Origin: Armatimonadota bacterium
GTDB taxonomy: Bacteria > Armatimonadota > UBA5829 > DTLH01
Reading direction: 5' to 3'
DNA: 53,075 nt
Assembly: GCA_038207085.1 (NCBI GenBank)
Contig: JBBRAE010000020.1
Coordinates: 1 to 53,075, forward strand
Below, piece after piece: positions 9,645 to 17,896 of this stretch. Numbering within the stretch: the first letter of the stretch is position 1; every line of letters begins with the position of its first letter. The notes beneath the pieces were generated by a model. That model saw only the letters and a program-made list of their open reading frames with translations. It was not told where the DNA came from and made no database searches. The position numbers were made by a program, and so were the translations under genes.

Positions 9645-10010
9645 CTACGGTTTGAATGTCAGTATCACCAGAGCGCCAAGCACCAACAGCAAAAATACTA
9701 CCGTATATAGCCCCGAAACAGCGAACGTACGCCAGCCGGAGGAACGAATATAGTCGTCGATCAGTATCCGCACACCGTTGCCGCCGTGCAGAAGCGCGAG
9801 CAGGAGCATCACAACGTCGAAAATGCGCCAGGTCGGGGTCGACCAACGCTTTGCCACAAGCGCAAAATTGATTTTGTCTACCCCATGCACGTAGTGAACA
9901 AAGCCGATGTGAGTAAGAATCAGCACGATCAGAAGCGCACCGCTTGCGCGCATGAAAAACCAGGAGATAAGCTCGAAGTCGCCGGAAGGTTTTGTTGATT
10001 TGCGAAGCAT
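9645..10010 (-). CDS. sdhD: succinate dehydrogenase hydrophobic anchor subunit
   Basis: W.FMR.SG and LHG.NG.R..IDDY motifs, three TM helices, operon position. Confidence 0.9.
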   Translation of the reverse strand: MLRKSTKPSGDFELISWFFMRASGALLIVLILTHIGFVHYVHGVDKINFALVAKRWSTPTWRIFDVVMLLLALLHGGNGVRILIDDYIRSSGWRTFAVSGLYTVVFLLLVLGALVILTFKP

Positions 10011-10019
10011 CTTACCCCC

Positions 10020-10370
10020 CTAATCGAATATCCCCCGGGCGAGAAAATATCCCGCGGGAATGAAAAGCAGCAGGAACAAGGCGACGACAATGTAGAAGAG
10101 CTTGCGCTGGATGCGGGTCGCGTTTGGAGAGAAGTCGATAATCATCACCCGCACGCCGTTTATAGCGTGAAAGAGCACCGCGCCGATCAGCACGATCTCG
10201 CCCACCCGGCCAAGCGGGGAACGGTAAAGGTTCACGGCTTCATCGTAGAGCTTGGGCCCCCAGCCGACAAGGGAGGTGTCAACGATGTGAGCCATCAGGA
10301 ATATGAATATGCCGACCCCAGCCATCCTGTGCAGAATCCAGGACCACATTCCCTCTCTTCCGCGATACAA
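10020..10370 (-). CDS. sdhC: succinate dehydrogenase cytochrome b556 subunit
   Basis: MYRGREGMWSWILHR, HIVDT and FHAINGVR motifs. Confidence 0.92.
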   Translation of the reverse strand: MYRGREGMWSWILHRMAGVGIFIFLMAHIVDTSLVGWGPKLYDEAVNLYRSPLGRVGEIVLIGAVLFHAINGVRVMIIDFSPNATRIQRKLFYIVVALFLLLFIPAGYFLARGIFD

Positions 10371-10946
10371 CTACTGCTCTCCTCTCGATCGTGCATAAGC
10401 TCTCACTCCCTCGCGGTAGAAGTCCCCGCCGCAGGCGTCGTTTGCGACGATAAGCGGCAAGTCCTCAACCACAAGCTTCCTGATGGCCTCCGTCCCAAGG
10501 TCTTCATAGGCGACGATCTCACACGAGACCACACACCTGGCAAGAAGCGCAGCTGCGCCGCCCGTTGCGGCAAAATAGACCGCGCCGTTCTCGGCCATCG
10601 CCTCGGTGACCGCCGGGCCCCGGAGACCTTTACCTATCATACCCCGAAGTCCATAAGATATTAGCGCGGGAGCGTAGGCATCCATCCGGCCGCTTGTCGT
10701 CGGGCCAGCAGAGCCGATCACCTGACCAGGTTTGGCCGGAGCCGGGCCGACGTAGTAGATCACCTGCCCCCGAAGGTCCACCGGAAGCTCTTTACCCGCC
10801 TGAAGCAGCTCAAAAAGCCGCTTGTGCGCTGCATCGCGACCTGTATAGACAACTCCGGAAAGCAGGACTCTGTCCCCGGCGCGAAGTGCACGAACAGACT
10901 CTTCGGTAAATGGCGTCGATAATCTCACAGACTCAACAATACCCAA
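10371..10946 (-). CDS. Fe-S hydro-lyase (class I fumarate hydratase) beta subunit
   Basis: TGRDAAH, GPTTSGRM, GMIGKG and DLGTEAI motifs. Confidence 0.93.
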   Translation of the reverse strand: MGIVESVRLSTPFTEESVRALRAGDRVLLSGVVYTGRDAAHKRLFELLQAGKELPVDLRGQVIYYVGPAPAKPGQVIGSAGPTTSGRMDAYAPALISYGLRGMIGKGLRGPAVTEAMAENGAVYFAATGGAAALLARCVVSCEIVAYEDLGTEAIRKLVVEDLPLIVANDACGGDFYREGVRAYARSRGEQ

Positions 10947-10964
10947 TTTAGACTCCTTGGAAAC

Positions 10965-11116
10965 GGGGGATGGGGGTTAGGGGTTTGGGGCTGGACTGGC
11001 GAGATTTGAGAGACTGGTGGTCGCTCACCCTACGTGCTTCGGGAGCCTCAGCATGATGCTTCGCGCTCAGGATGGCGGTTGCGCCAGCACCAACCCCTAG
11101 CCCCTAACCCCCATCC
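10965..11116. repeat. G-rich heptamer-based inverted repeat flanking a degenerate palindromic core
   Basis: GGATGGGGGTTAGGGG (10968-10983) is the perfect reverse complement of 11101-11116; arms are built of GGGGTTA-like heptamers. Confidence 0.75.
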
Positions 11117-11117
11117 T

Positions 11118-11960
11118 CTACAATACTATCTGCTTGTGCCGCGCCGCATGACACTGAATATTTACTGCAACAGGAAGGCTTGCGATGTGCGCGGGGTGGG
11201 TTTCTACGTTCACCGCAAGCGCGGTCACTCGGCCGCCAAGCCCCCCCGGACCTACTCCGGTGTCGTTTACGAGCTCCAGAAGCTCACTTTCAAGCTTCGC
11301 ATCGTAGGGTTTTGTGCTCGGCTCGCCAATTTCTCGAATGAGCGCCTTCTTGGCGAGAATCGCAGCCATTTCCATAGTGCCGCCGATCCCAACGCCGACG
11401 ATAATCGGCGGACATGGGTTCGAACCGGCAGCTTTGACTAACTCTACGACGAATTCTTTAACACCATCCACGCCCTGCGCAGGCTTTAGGAGCAGCACAC
11501 CGCTCATGTTCTCGCTCCCGCCACCCTTGGGAGCAATCGTCAAACGAAGCTCATCGCCTGGGACGACCTCAATGTGGACAATTGCTGGGGTGTTGTCACC
11601 GGTGTTTACGCGCTCCAGGGGATGGGCGACGATCGATTTTCGAAGATACCCCTCTGCGTAGCCACGCCGCACACCTTCGTTGATGGCGTCGGTGAGGCTG
11701 CCGCCTGAGATATGCACTTCCTGGCCGAGTTTCACGAAGAAAACGGCAAAGCCTGTGTCCTGGCACATCGGGACGCGCTCGGTTCGGGCGATCTCGGCGT
11801 TTTCGATCAGCTGTGAGAGGATTTCCCGACCGATCGGGGACTCTTCACGCGCAAGCGCCTCGTCAAAAGCGCGGCAAACGTCCCCCGGCAGGTCGAAATT
11901 GGCAGACTGGCAGGCCTCGGCGACCGCATCGGTGATGTTGGAGACAAAAATCTCTTTCAA
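11118..11960 (-). CDS. Fe-S hydro-lyase (class I fumarate hydratase) alpha subunit
   Basis: PMCQDTG, NTGDNTPA, PKGGGSEN, NPCPP and NIQCHAARH motifs. Confidence 0.95.
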   Translation of the reverse strand: MKEIFVSNITDAVAEACQSANFDLPGDVCRAFDEALAREESPIGREILSQLIENAEIARTERVPMCQDTGFAVFFVKLGQEVHISGGSLTDAINEGVRRGYAEGYLRKSIVAHPLERVNTGDNTPAIVHIEVVPGDELRLTIAPKGGGSENMSGVLLLKPAQGVDGVKEFVVELVKAAGSNPCPPIIVGVGIGGTMEMAAILAKKALIREIGEPSTKPYDAKLESELLELVNDTGVGPGGLGGRVTALAVNVETHPAHIASLPVAVNIQCHAARHKQIVL

Positions 11961-11978
11961 GTCAACTCCTGAATGGCT

Positions 11979-13091
11979 TTATCTGCGTTTGGGGGGAGCA
12001 ACACTAGACCGCTCGACGAGATGAACAGGAACCACGATGTTCTGCTGCTTCGGCTCTTTGCCCATGATCTGCTTGATCAACAGGTTCGTTCCCATCTGCC
12101 CGATCTCCGTAAGCGGAAGCCTAACCGTAGTCAAAATATTCGGATTACCGCCCACCGCAACAGCATCGGTGTCGTCGAAACTGACCATGCTGATGTCCTC
12201 AGGGACACTGAAACCAGCTTCTGTGAGCGTTTGATGCATTTCCACCGCCAGCTTGTCGTTTGGCACAATTATCGCAGTGACCTCGGGATGGGATCGCAGC
12301 CTCCCTATGAAATCAGCGTTTCTTTTGCGTAAGTCCCCCACTCCATACCACGCAGGAGCATCTACCGCAGCCTCATCGGGATCAAGCCCATTCTCACAGA
12401 GTGCCCTGATCATGCCCCGACACCGCAACGACTGAACGCTGTTCGGGTACTCGTTATCAGCCAGAAAGTGCCACCACATCATATGAGTATGTCCTGCAGC
12501 AAGCAGATGCGCGGCCGCAAGGTAACCGGCAAGCTCGTTGTCCGGACAAACACTCGAGCACCCAGGTAACTCCTCAACCAAGTTCACAATCGGTCTATCA
12601 GCAAAGTTCGGATCATCACGCAACATATTGATCGCCATGTCAAGATACGCCTTGTTCCACTGCATAACTGCGACGACGCCATCAATGTCCCCTCGGCGAT
12701 AAGCAAGCGGCACCTCGCCTCGAGTCACCCAAAAATAGGGTTCGCTCGTATAGTACTCGAACATCTCATTGGTAATTGCGTCTAGCACTCCCTGCTGAAT
12801 ATTCATGAAATAGTTCGAGCAGGTGAACCCCTCGTGAACGAACCAAAATGCGATAGTATTATTTACAAGCTGCTGTCCGTGGCGGCTGAGCCTGAGCTGC
12901 CGGGCGGCGTGGAAGCGCGCTGGATCATACCCCATTTTATTGGCGACAGCGACCACACGCTCAGTGGTTGCCTGGCTGATTCTCTTGTCATTTCGAAGTG
13001 CGCGCGAAACCGTAGTAACGTTCACGCCGCAGAACTCCGCAACGTCTTTCAATACAACGGGCTTACTCGACATGTTTGCAGCTCCCAACAT
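11979..13091 (-). CDS. LacI family transcriptional regulator (start may be ATG 13073)
   Basis: LKDVAEFCGVNVTTVSRAL HTH; VPEDISMVSFDD, LTTVR and LVERSS motifs. Confidence 0.93.
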   Translation of the reverse strand: MLGAANMSSKPVVLKDVAEFCGVNVTTVSRALRNDKRISQATTERVVAVANKMGYDPARFHAARQLRLSRHGQQLVNNTIAFWFVHEGFTCSNYFMNIQQGVLDAITNEMFEYYTSEPYFWVTRGEVPLAYRRGDIDGVVAVMQWNKAYLDMAINMLRDDPNFADRPIVNLVEELPGCSSVCPDNELAGYLAAAHLLAAGHTHMMWWHFLADNEYPNSVQSLRCRGMIRALCENGLDPDEAAVDAPAWYGVGDLRKRNADFIGRLRSHPEVTAIIVPNDKLAVEMHQTLTEAGFSVPEDISMVSFDDTDAVAVGGNPNILTTVRLPLTEIGQMGTNLLIKQIMGKEPKQQNIVVPVHLVERSSVAPPKRR

Positions 13092-13240
13092 TCTATCCGT
13101 GATTCAGGAAGTAGCTTCCCGTATGGCCCGCGAGGTCCGAACCAACGCTCACAGGTTATCACCAATACGCTCACTAGTCAAGAAATCAGAAGAATTACCT
13201 GACAGATGGCGTAGTGGCCGGAATCACAACACAGAGACAG

Positions 13241-13288
13241 AAGGGGCCGAGTCTGTCGATGAAAATCGTAGACTCGGCCCCTTTTTTG
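13241..13288. terminator. GC-rich hairpin, probable bidirectional terminator after the oxidoreductase pair
   Basis: AAGGGGCCGAGTCT...AGACTCGGCCCCTT followed by TTTTG. Confidence 0.65.
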
Positions 13289-13311
13289 TTTGTGTTTTGT
13301 ATAGGTATTTC

Positions 13312-14313
13312 TCAGTAACCGATATCGGCAAGCTTTACGGGCTTCTTCTGTTTGTTGGACTCGTAAGCGGCAAGCGCGACTGCGGCGGCGGCGAGGCCGT
13401 CTTCTCCGGTGATCGGAACCGCAGTGTCGTTTGCGATTGCGTCCACAAAGGACTGGCAGAGCCCGAGGTCAAGGTTATCGGTGTAGCCTTCCCAGCTATG
13501 ACGCATGACCCGATCATTGTAGAGGTTCAGGTGCTGGTTGAACTCATCTATCCAGACCGAGCCCTCTTCACCGGTCACAAGCATCGTGACGTTGCCCCAG
13601 GTCGAGTAGCTCGGGACGCGTGACCAGCTAGAGTCGAGCGTCGCGAAGACGCCGTTGTCGAAGCCGAGCGTCAAGATGCCGACATCGTCGTAGTTCTTGT
13701 GGCTCATAAGGTTGCTGATCTCGGCGTACACCTCTACGACTTCAGCGCCAAGCGTCCAGCGCATCAGGTCGGTCACGTGCACCGTGTGGTCGATCACCGC
13801 GCCGCCACCCGAGAGCGACAATTCGGTAAACCATCCGCCCGGGCAACTCCCCTGGTTCGTGCCTTTAATAGCAAGCACTTTGCCGATGTTGCCAGCCTGA
13901 ATCGCATTCCTGCCCTGCACCATATTCGGGGCAAACCGGCATGGAAATGCGGTCTGGAGCTTGACTCCGGCGTTTTTGCAGGCGTCGATCATCGCGCGAC
14001 CGTCGGCGATTTTGGTCGAGAGCGGTTTTTCGCACATTACATGCTTACCGGCGGCGGCAGCCATCTCCGTTACTTCACGGTGATAGAGGTTTTCCGTGCA
14101 GATCACGACCGCGTCGACGTCACTTGAGAGAAGCTCCTCATAGCTTGCAAAAAGTCGGGTATTGTAGCGCTTAGAGGCCTCTTCCCCACGGGATTTGTCC
14201 AAATCGGCGACTCCGACGATCTCGGCGTTTGCGATCTGCGACATAGCCCCAGCGTAACCGTAGGCGTGACCGTGGGCAAAGGAGAGCATTCCTATTTTGA
14301 CTGTTTCTTTCAT
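13312..14313 (-). CDS. Gfo/Idh/MocA family oxidoreductase
   Basis: GKHVMCEKP and GGGAVIDHTVH motifs; GGAGG RBS. Confidence 0.93.
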   Translation of the reverse strand: MKETVKIGMLSFAHGHAYGYAGAMSQIANAEIVGVADLDKSRGEEASKRYNTRLFASYEELLSSDVDAVVICTENLYHREVTEMAAAAGKHVMCEKPLSTKIADGRAMIDACKNAGVKLQTAFPCRFAPNMVQGRNAIQAGNIGKVLAIKGTNQGSCPGGWFTELSLSGGGAVIDHTVHVTDLMRWTLGAEVVEVYAEISNLMSHKNYDDVGILTLGFDNGVFATLDSSWSRVPSYSTWGNVTMLVTGEEGSVWIDEFNQHLNLYNDRVMRHSWEGYTDNLDLGLCQSFVDAIANDTAVPITGEDGLAAAAVALAAYESNKQKKPVKLADIGY

Positions 14314-14325
14314 AGCGTCCACCTC

Positions 14326-15309
14326 CTACGGTTTGACCGGCAGGCCGGTCCTGATCGATTCGTTGATTGCAAGGGCGAGCGCGACTGCGCTCATGGCTTC
14401 CTTGGGCGTGACCTCAACCGGGGTGCCCGATTCCAGCGCATTGTAGAAGCTCCGCAGTTCAAGAAGATAGGGGCTTTCTTTAACAGGGCTGGACTCGTTC
14501 GAAGTTACATCGGTTTGATCTGCTTTCCAGTGGGCTTCAGCGTAGGTAATCACATCTTTGTCTACAAATTCGATCAAACCCTTGTCACCTGCGACCTCAA
14601 ACTTTACTGTGAACCCGGTGGGAGCAGCCCAGGAGGACTCGACGTGGGCGATTACGCCTTTTTTGAAGCGAATCGTCGCCAACGCGTAGTCGCTCTTCCC
14701 CTGCTCGCTTGTCCCAAGCCCACGAGCGTAAACTCGCTCAGCCGGGCCGAAGGTCCAGAGCAGCCAGTCGAGGTCGTGGATACCGAGATCCAGCACGACA
14801 CCGCCGCTTTGTTCATAGTCACAGAACCAGTCGTTCGCGCCCTTGGGGTGACCGCTTGCCCTTGATGTCCGAACAACAGCGGCCTCACCGATAGACCCAC
14901 CAGCGATCAACTCTTTTGCACGCCTGAACTCAGGGAACCATCGAAGCACATGTCCGACAAAGAGGGTCACATTGGCCTTGTTGCAGACACTGATTGCCTC
15001 ACGGCACTGCTCGGCGGTTAGGCAAAACGGCTTTTCACAGCAGATTGATTTTCCCGCCGCAGCGGCCATCTTGATATACTCGATGTGTGTTGGAGTCGGG
15101 GTGCAGATATCCACCGTGTCGAACTCGACTTCGGCAAACATAGTCTGAGCATCGGAGTAAGCCGGAACTCCGTGCATTTCGGCCAGTTGAGATGCAGCGT
15201 CCGGGCGGATGTCCAGAACGGCCACAAGCTCGGCGTTTGCTATGTCCGGGTAGCAACCGGCGTGGACAGACCCTATACCACCAGCGCCGATCAAGGCAAC
15301 TTTGCGCAT
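14326..15309 (-). CDS. Gfo/Idh/MocA family oxidoreductase
   Basis: VALIGAGGIG, CEKP and SGGVVLDLGIHDLD motifs. Confidence 0.93.
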   Translation of the reverse strand: MRKVALIGAGGIGSVHAGCYPDIANAELVAVLDIRPDAASQLAEMHGVPAYSDAQTMFAEVEFDTVDICTPTPTHIEYIKMAAAAGKSICCEKPFCLTAEQCREAISVCNKANVTLFVGHVLRWFPEFRRAKELIAGGSIGEAAVVRTSRASGHPKGANDWFCDYEQSGGVVLDLGIHDLDWLLWTFGPAERVYARGLGTSEQGKSDYALATIRFKKGVIAHVESSWAAPTGFTVKFEVAGDKGLIEFVDKDVITYAEAHWKADQTDVTSNESSPVKESPYLLELRSFYNALESGTPVEVTPKEAMSAVALALAINESIRTGLPVKP

Positions 15310-15453
15310 TGAATACCTTCCAAAGAATAATAGCGTTGAGTTAGTGTAGCTTGGCTGGCAAAAAAAGTAAAGAGCATCACGCATATTCTTGCACGAAGGA
15401 AAATCGCTGCCCCTGCGGCGAAGTAGTTATTGATCCACTTCCAAGGAGATTTC

Positions 15454-16155
15454 ATGCGAGCAATAGACCTAGTGGCAGTCGCTTTGACGCTGGCTGCTCT
15501 GATGCCTCCCCTACCATCTTCTGCAGAGACGATCAGCCTCGGCTATCTCGTCACCGATGTGATTACCGCAGAGGCGTTAATAAACGCAGCAGAGATCCAG
15601 CCACCACAAAAGAGCGGCAAGTGGGCCGGAGACCCGACCAAGTTCTTCGCAGGCGCATTTTCAGCGTTTCTGGTGCATGAAGCGGGCCACGCCATCGCCA
15701 ACTATGCGATTGATACCGACCCCTACTTAAAGAGCGTTCACTACGGCCCGATTCCCTTCTTTACCATCGAACCTGGCCGACAGCTCGACGACGACGAACA
15801 CGCCATCACCTCATCCGCAGGCTTCGCCGCGCAGTTCCTGACCGACGAGTGGATCCTCACTCAACACCCGAACCTGCGAAACGAAGACGAGCCGTTCCTC
15901 AAGGGTATGGGCACATTCAACTTTTGGCTGGGCATCGGCTACGCAGCGACGGCATTTGCGGGTTCCGGCCCCGATGAGCGCGACACCAAGGGGATGGCTG
16001 ACTCACTGGGCTGGAGCGAGTTCGAAGTCGGTCTCCTGGTTCTAACGCCAACAGTGCTCGACGCCTATCGCTACAAGCACCCGAACGCAAAATGGGCGAA
16101 GACGGCAAGCCGAATAAGTAAGCTCGCGTTTGTTGGGTTTGCGTGGACGAATTAG
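15454..16155 (+). CDS. exported/membrane hypothetical protein with an HExxH motif
   Basis: Signal peptide MRAIDLVAVALTLAAL..SSA; VHEAGH; AGGAG RBS. Confidence 0.7.
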   Translation: MRAIDLVAVALTLAALMPPLPSSAETISLGYLVTDVITAEALINAAEIQPPQKSGKWAGDPTKFFAGAFSAFLVHEAGHAIANYAIDTDPYLKSVHYGPIPFFTIEPGRQLDDDEHAITSSAGFAAQFLTDEWILTQHPNLRNEDEPFLKGMGTFNFWLGIGYAATAFAGSGPDERDTKGMADSLGWSEFEVGLLVLTPTVLDAYRYKHPNAKWAKTASRISKLAFVGFAWTN

Positions 16156-16177
16156 TTACGTGGCGCACACGCCGTGA

Positions 16178-16210
16178 GGTAGGTATCGGGGACGGGGTCC
16201 CCGATACAAC
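16178..16210. repeat. palindrome between convergent genes (REP-like element or terminator)
   Basis: GTAG-GTATCGGGGAC-GGG-GTCCCCGATAC-AAC; a near-identical stem occurs at 33216-33241. Confidence 0.55.
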
Positions 16211-16227
16211 GCGGTTGTGAGTGATGG

Positions 16228-16977
16228 TTAGAAGAGTTTCTTTGCCTGCTCAAGATCCCCCAGTTTGTCTATATCCGAGCCAATCTCGGCGTACTCGCTT
16301 CTGATACCAGCTACCTTGCCTCCAAGCATCTTGGAGACTTTCTTCTCAAGAAGCGCAGTCGGAAGCATGCACGGACAGAGCAATTGGCTTAAGGGGATTC
16401 GCAGCAAAAGGCCCAGCCCGACCATCGAGGCGAGCGCGAGCGGCTTTTTGCGGGCGGCGTAGGCGCCGGAGATCAGCCCCTGGTTGCGGCGCAGGAAACC
16501 CGTGCTCATCATCATCATATTGCCGCCGGTGAACGTGCCTTCTTTGAGCTTCAAGCAGGTGCGCTTCATATCGGGGTATTTGGCGCGGCAGGAGTCGATA
16601 GGGATGATCGGGTAACACATGTCGCCCCCGGACTCTATCGCCCGGCTGACGAAGTCGTCAATCGACTCGGGGGTGATCATCGGGATATCCGAGGTCGAAA
16701 CCACTATGTGCGAGCTGTCGGGACAAGCCTCGACGCCGAGCATAAGGTTGCCAAGAAAGCTGTCACTTGGAGCGATCACTTCGTCCAACCCACCAGCTGA
16801 GACGTTGCCGACGGCGATGATCCTACCGGCACTCTTGCTTGCCCTGAATGCGTCCACGACCCACTGTAGCATCGTCTTGTCGCCAAGCTCGATCATCGCA
16901 CGGCTGCGCTCTGGGTCCTCAGGAAGCATATCCGAACCTGCCGGGGCACCGGCGAGAATCACGATGTCAATCGGCAT
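16228..16977 (-). CDS. MobA-like NTP transferase family protein
   Basis: IVILAG, MLQWVVDA, SDIPMI and DIDK motifs. Confidence 0.85.
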   Translation of the reverse strand: MPIDIVILAGAPAGSDMLPEDPERSRAMIELGDKTMLQWVVDAFRASKSAGRIIAVGNVSAGGLDEVIAPSDSFLGNLMLGVEACPDSSHIVVSTSDIPMITPESIDDFVSRAIESGGDMCYPIIPIDSCRAKYPDMKRTCLKLKEGTFTGGNMMMMSTGFLRRNQGLISGAYAARKKPLALASMVGLGLLLRIPLSQLLCPCMLPTALLEKKVSKMLGGKVAGIRSEYAEIGSDIDKLGDLEQAKKLF

Positions 16978-17872
16978 CTGAGTCTCCAAGCGTAACGGCA
17001 GAGGGCGTAGTGCGGGTCGCTATGGCGAACGGATACTTGCCAGCAAGCGTCTCGGCTGCGGATTTTGCTTTGTCGGGCGAGTCAAAGACACCATACACAC
17101 CGGAGCCGCTTCCGCAGAGCATCGCGAACTCAGCTCCGAGATCAAGCAGGGAACGCTTTAGCTCGGCAATTGCGGGAAAAGCCTCGCAGACGACCGCGTC
17201 AAAATCGTTGGCCATCGCGGCGACGACCTTTGAGCGGTCGCCGGACTCGATGGCTTCGATCATCGCCTCTGTCCCGGCAAGCGACTCTCTGCCCGGAGTG
17301 GCCGCAAGACGGCCGTAAGCCCACGAGGTCGACACCCCTTTTTCGGGCTTGGCGATGACGATATCCATCTCAGGCGCGCTTGGAAGCTCTTCTATAAGCT
17401 CTCCCCTGCCGGAAATCAGCGCAGTTCCACCAGCAATGAAGTAAGGAACGTCACTTCCGACTCGCGCGGCGACGGCGATGAGTTCATCGGTCGTCAGAAC
17501 ATCTTCAAACATGGCGTTTAGCGCAAGGAGCGCAGCGGCGGCGTTGCTTGAGCCGCCTCCCAGACCGGCTTCGACGGGGATGCGTTTCTCGATGGAAACT
17601 GCTATCCCGCAATCGACCTCCGCGGCGTCCTTGAAAAGCGCACAGGCCTTGTAGACGGTGTTCGAGGGACCGGAAGGAATTTCGGGAACGTCCGTGGTGA
17701 TCTTGATCCCGCTGCCCGAAGTCACGCTGACGTGCAGAACGTCAGCGATGTCAACAGACTGCATCACGCTCTCAAGATCGTGATAACCATCAGGACGCCG
17801 CCCGACAATGTCCAGTGTAAGATTTATCTTCGCCCTGCAACGGGCATTTGTTTGTTGAACTATTTGTACCAT
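16967..17872 (-). CDS. ispE: 4-diphosphocytidyl-2-C-methyl-D-erythritol kinase
   Basis: AKINLTL..GRRPDGYH, IPVEAGLGGGSSNAA, GSDVP and GSGS motifs. Confidence 0.96.
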   Translation of the reverse strand: MVQIVQQTNARCRAKINLTLDIVGRRPDGYHDLESVMQSVDIADVLHVSVTSGSGIKITTDVPEIPSGPSNTVYKACALFKDAAEVDCGIAVSIEKRIPVEAGLGGGSSNAAAALLALNAMFEDVLTTDELIAVAARVGSDVPYFIAGGTALISGRGELIEELPSAPEMDIVIAKPEKGVSTSWAYGRLAATPGRESLAGTEAMIEAIESGDRSKVVAAMANDFDAVVCEAFPAIAELKRSLLDLGAEFAMLCGSGSGVYGVFDSPDKAKSAAETLAGKYPFAIATRTTPSAVTLGDSDAD

Positions 17873-17896
17873 AATACCGAACGTAGGATACCAAAC

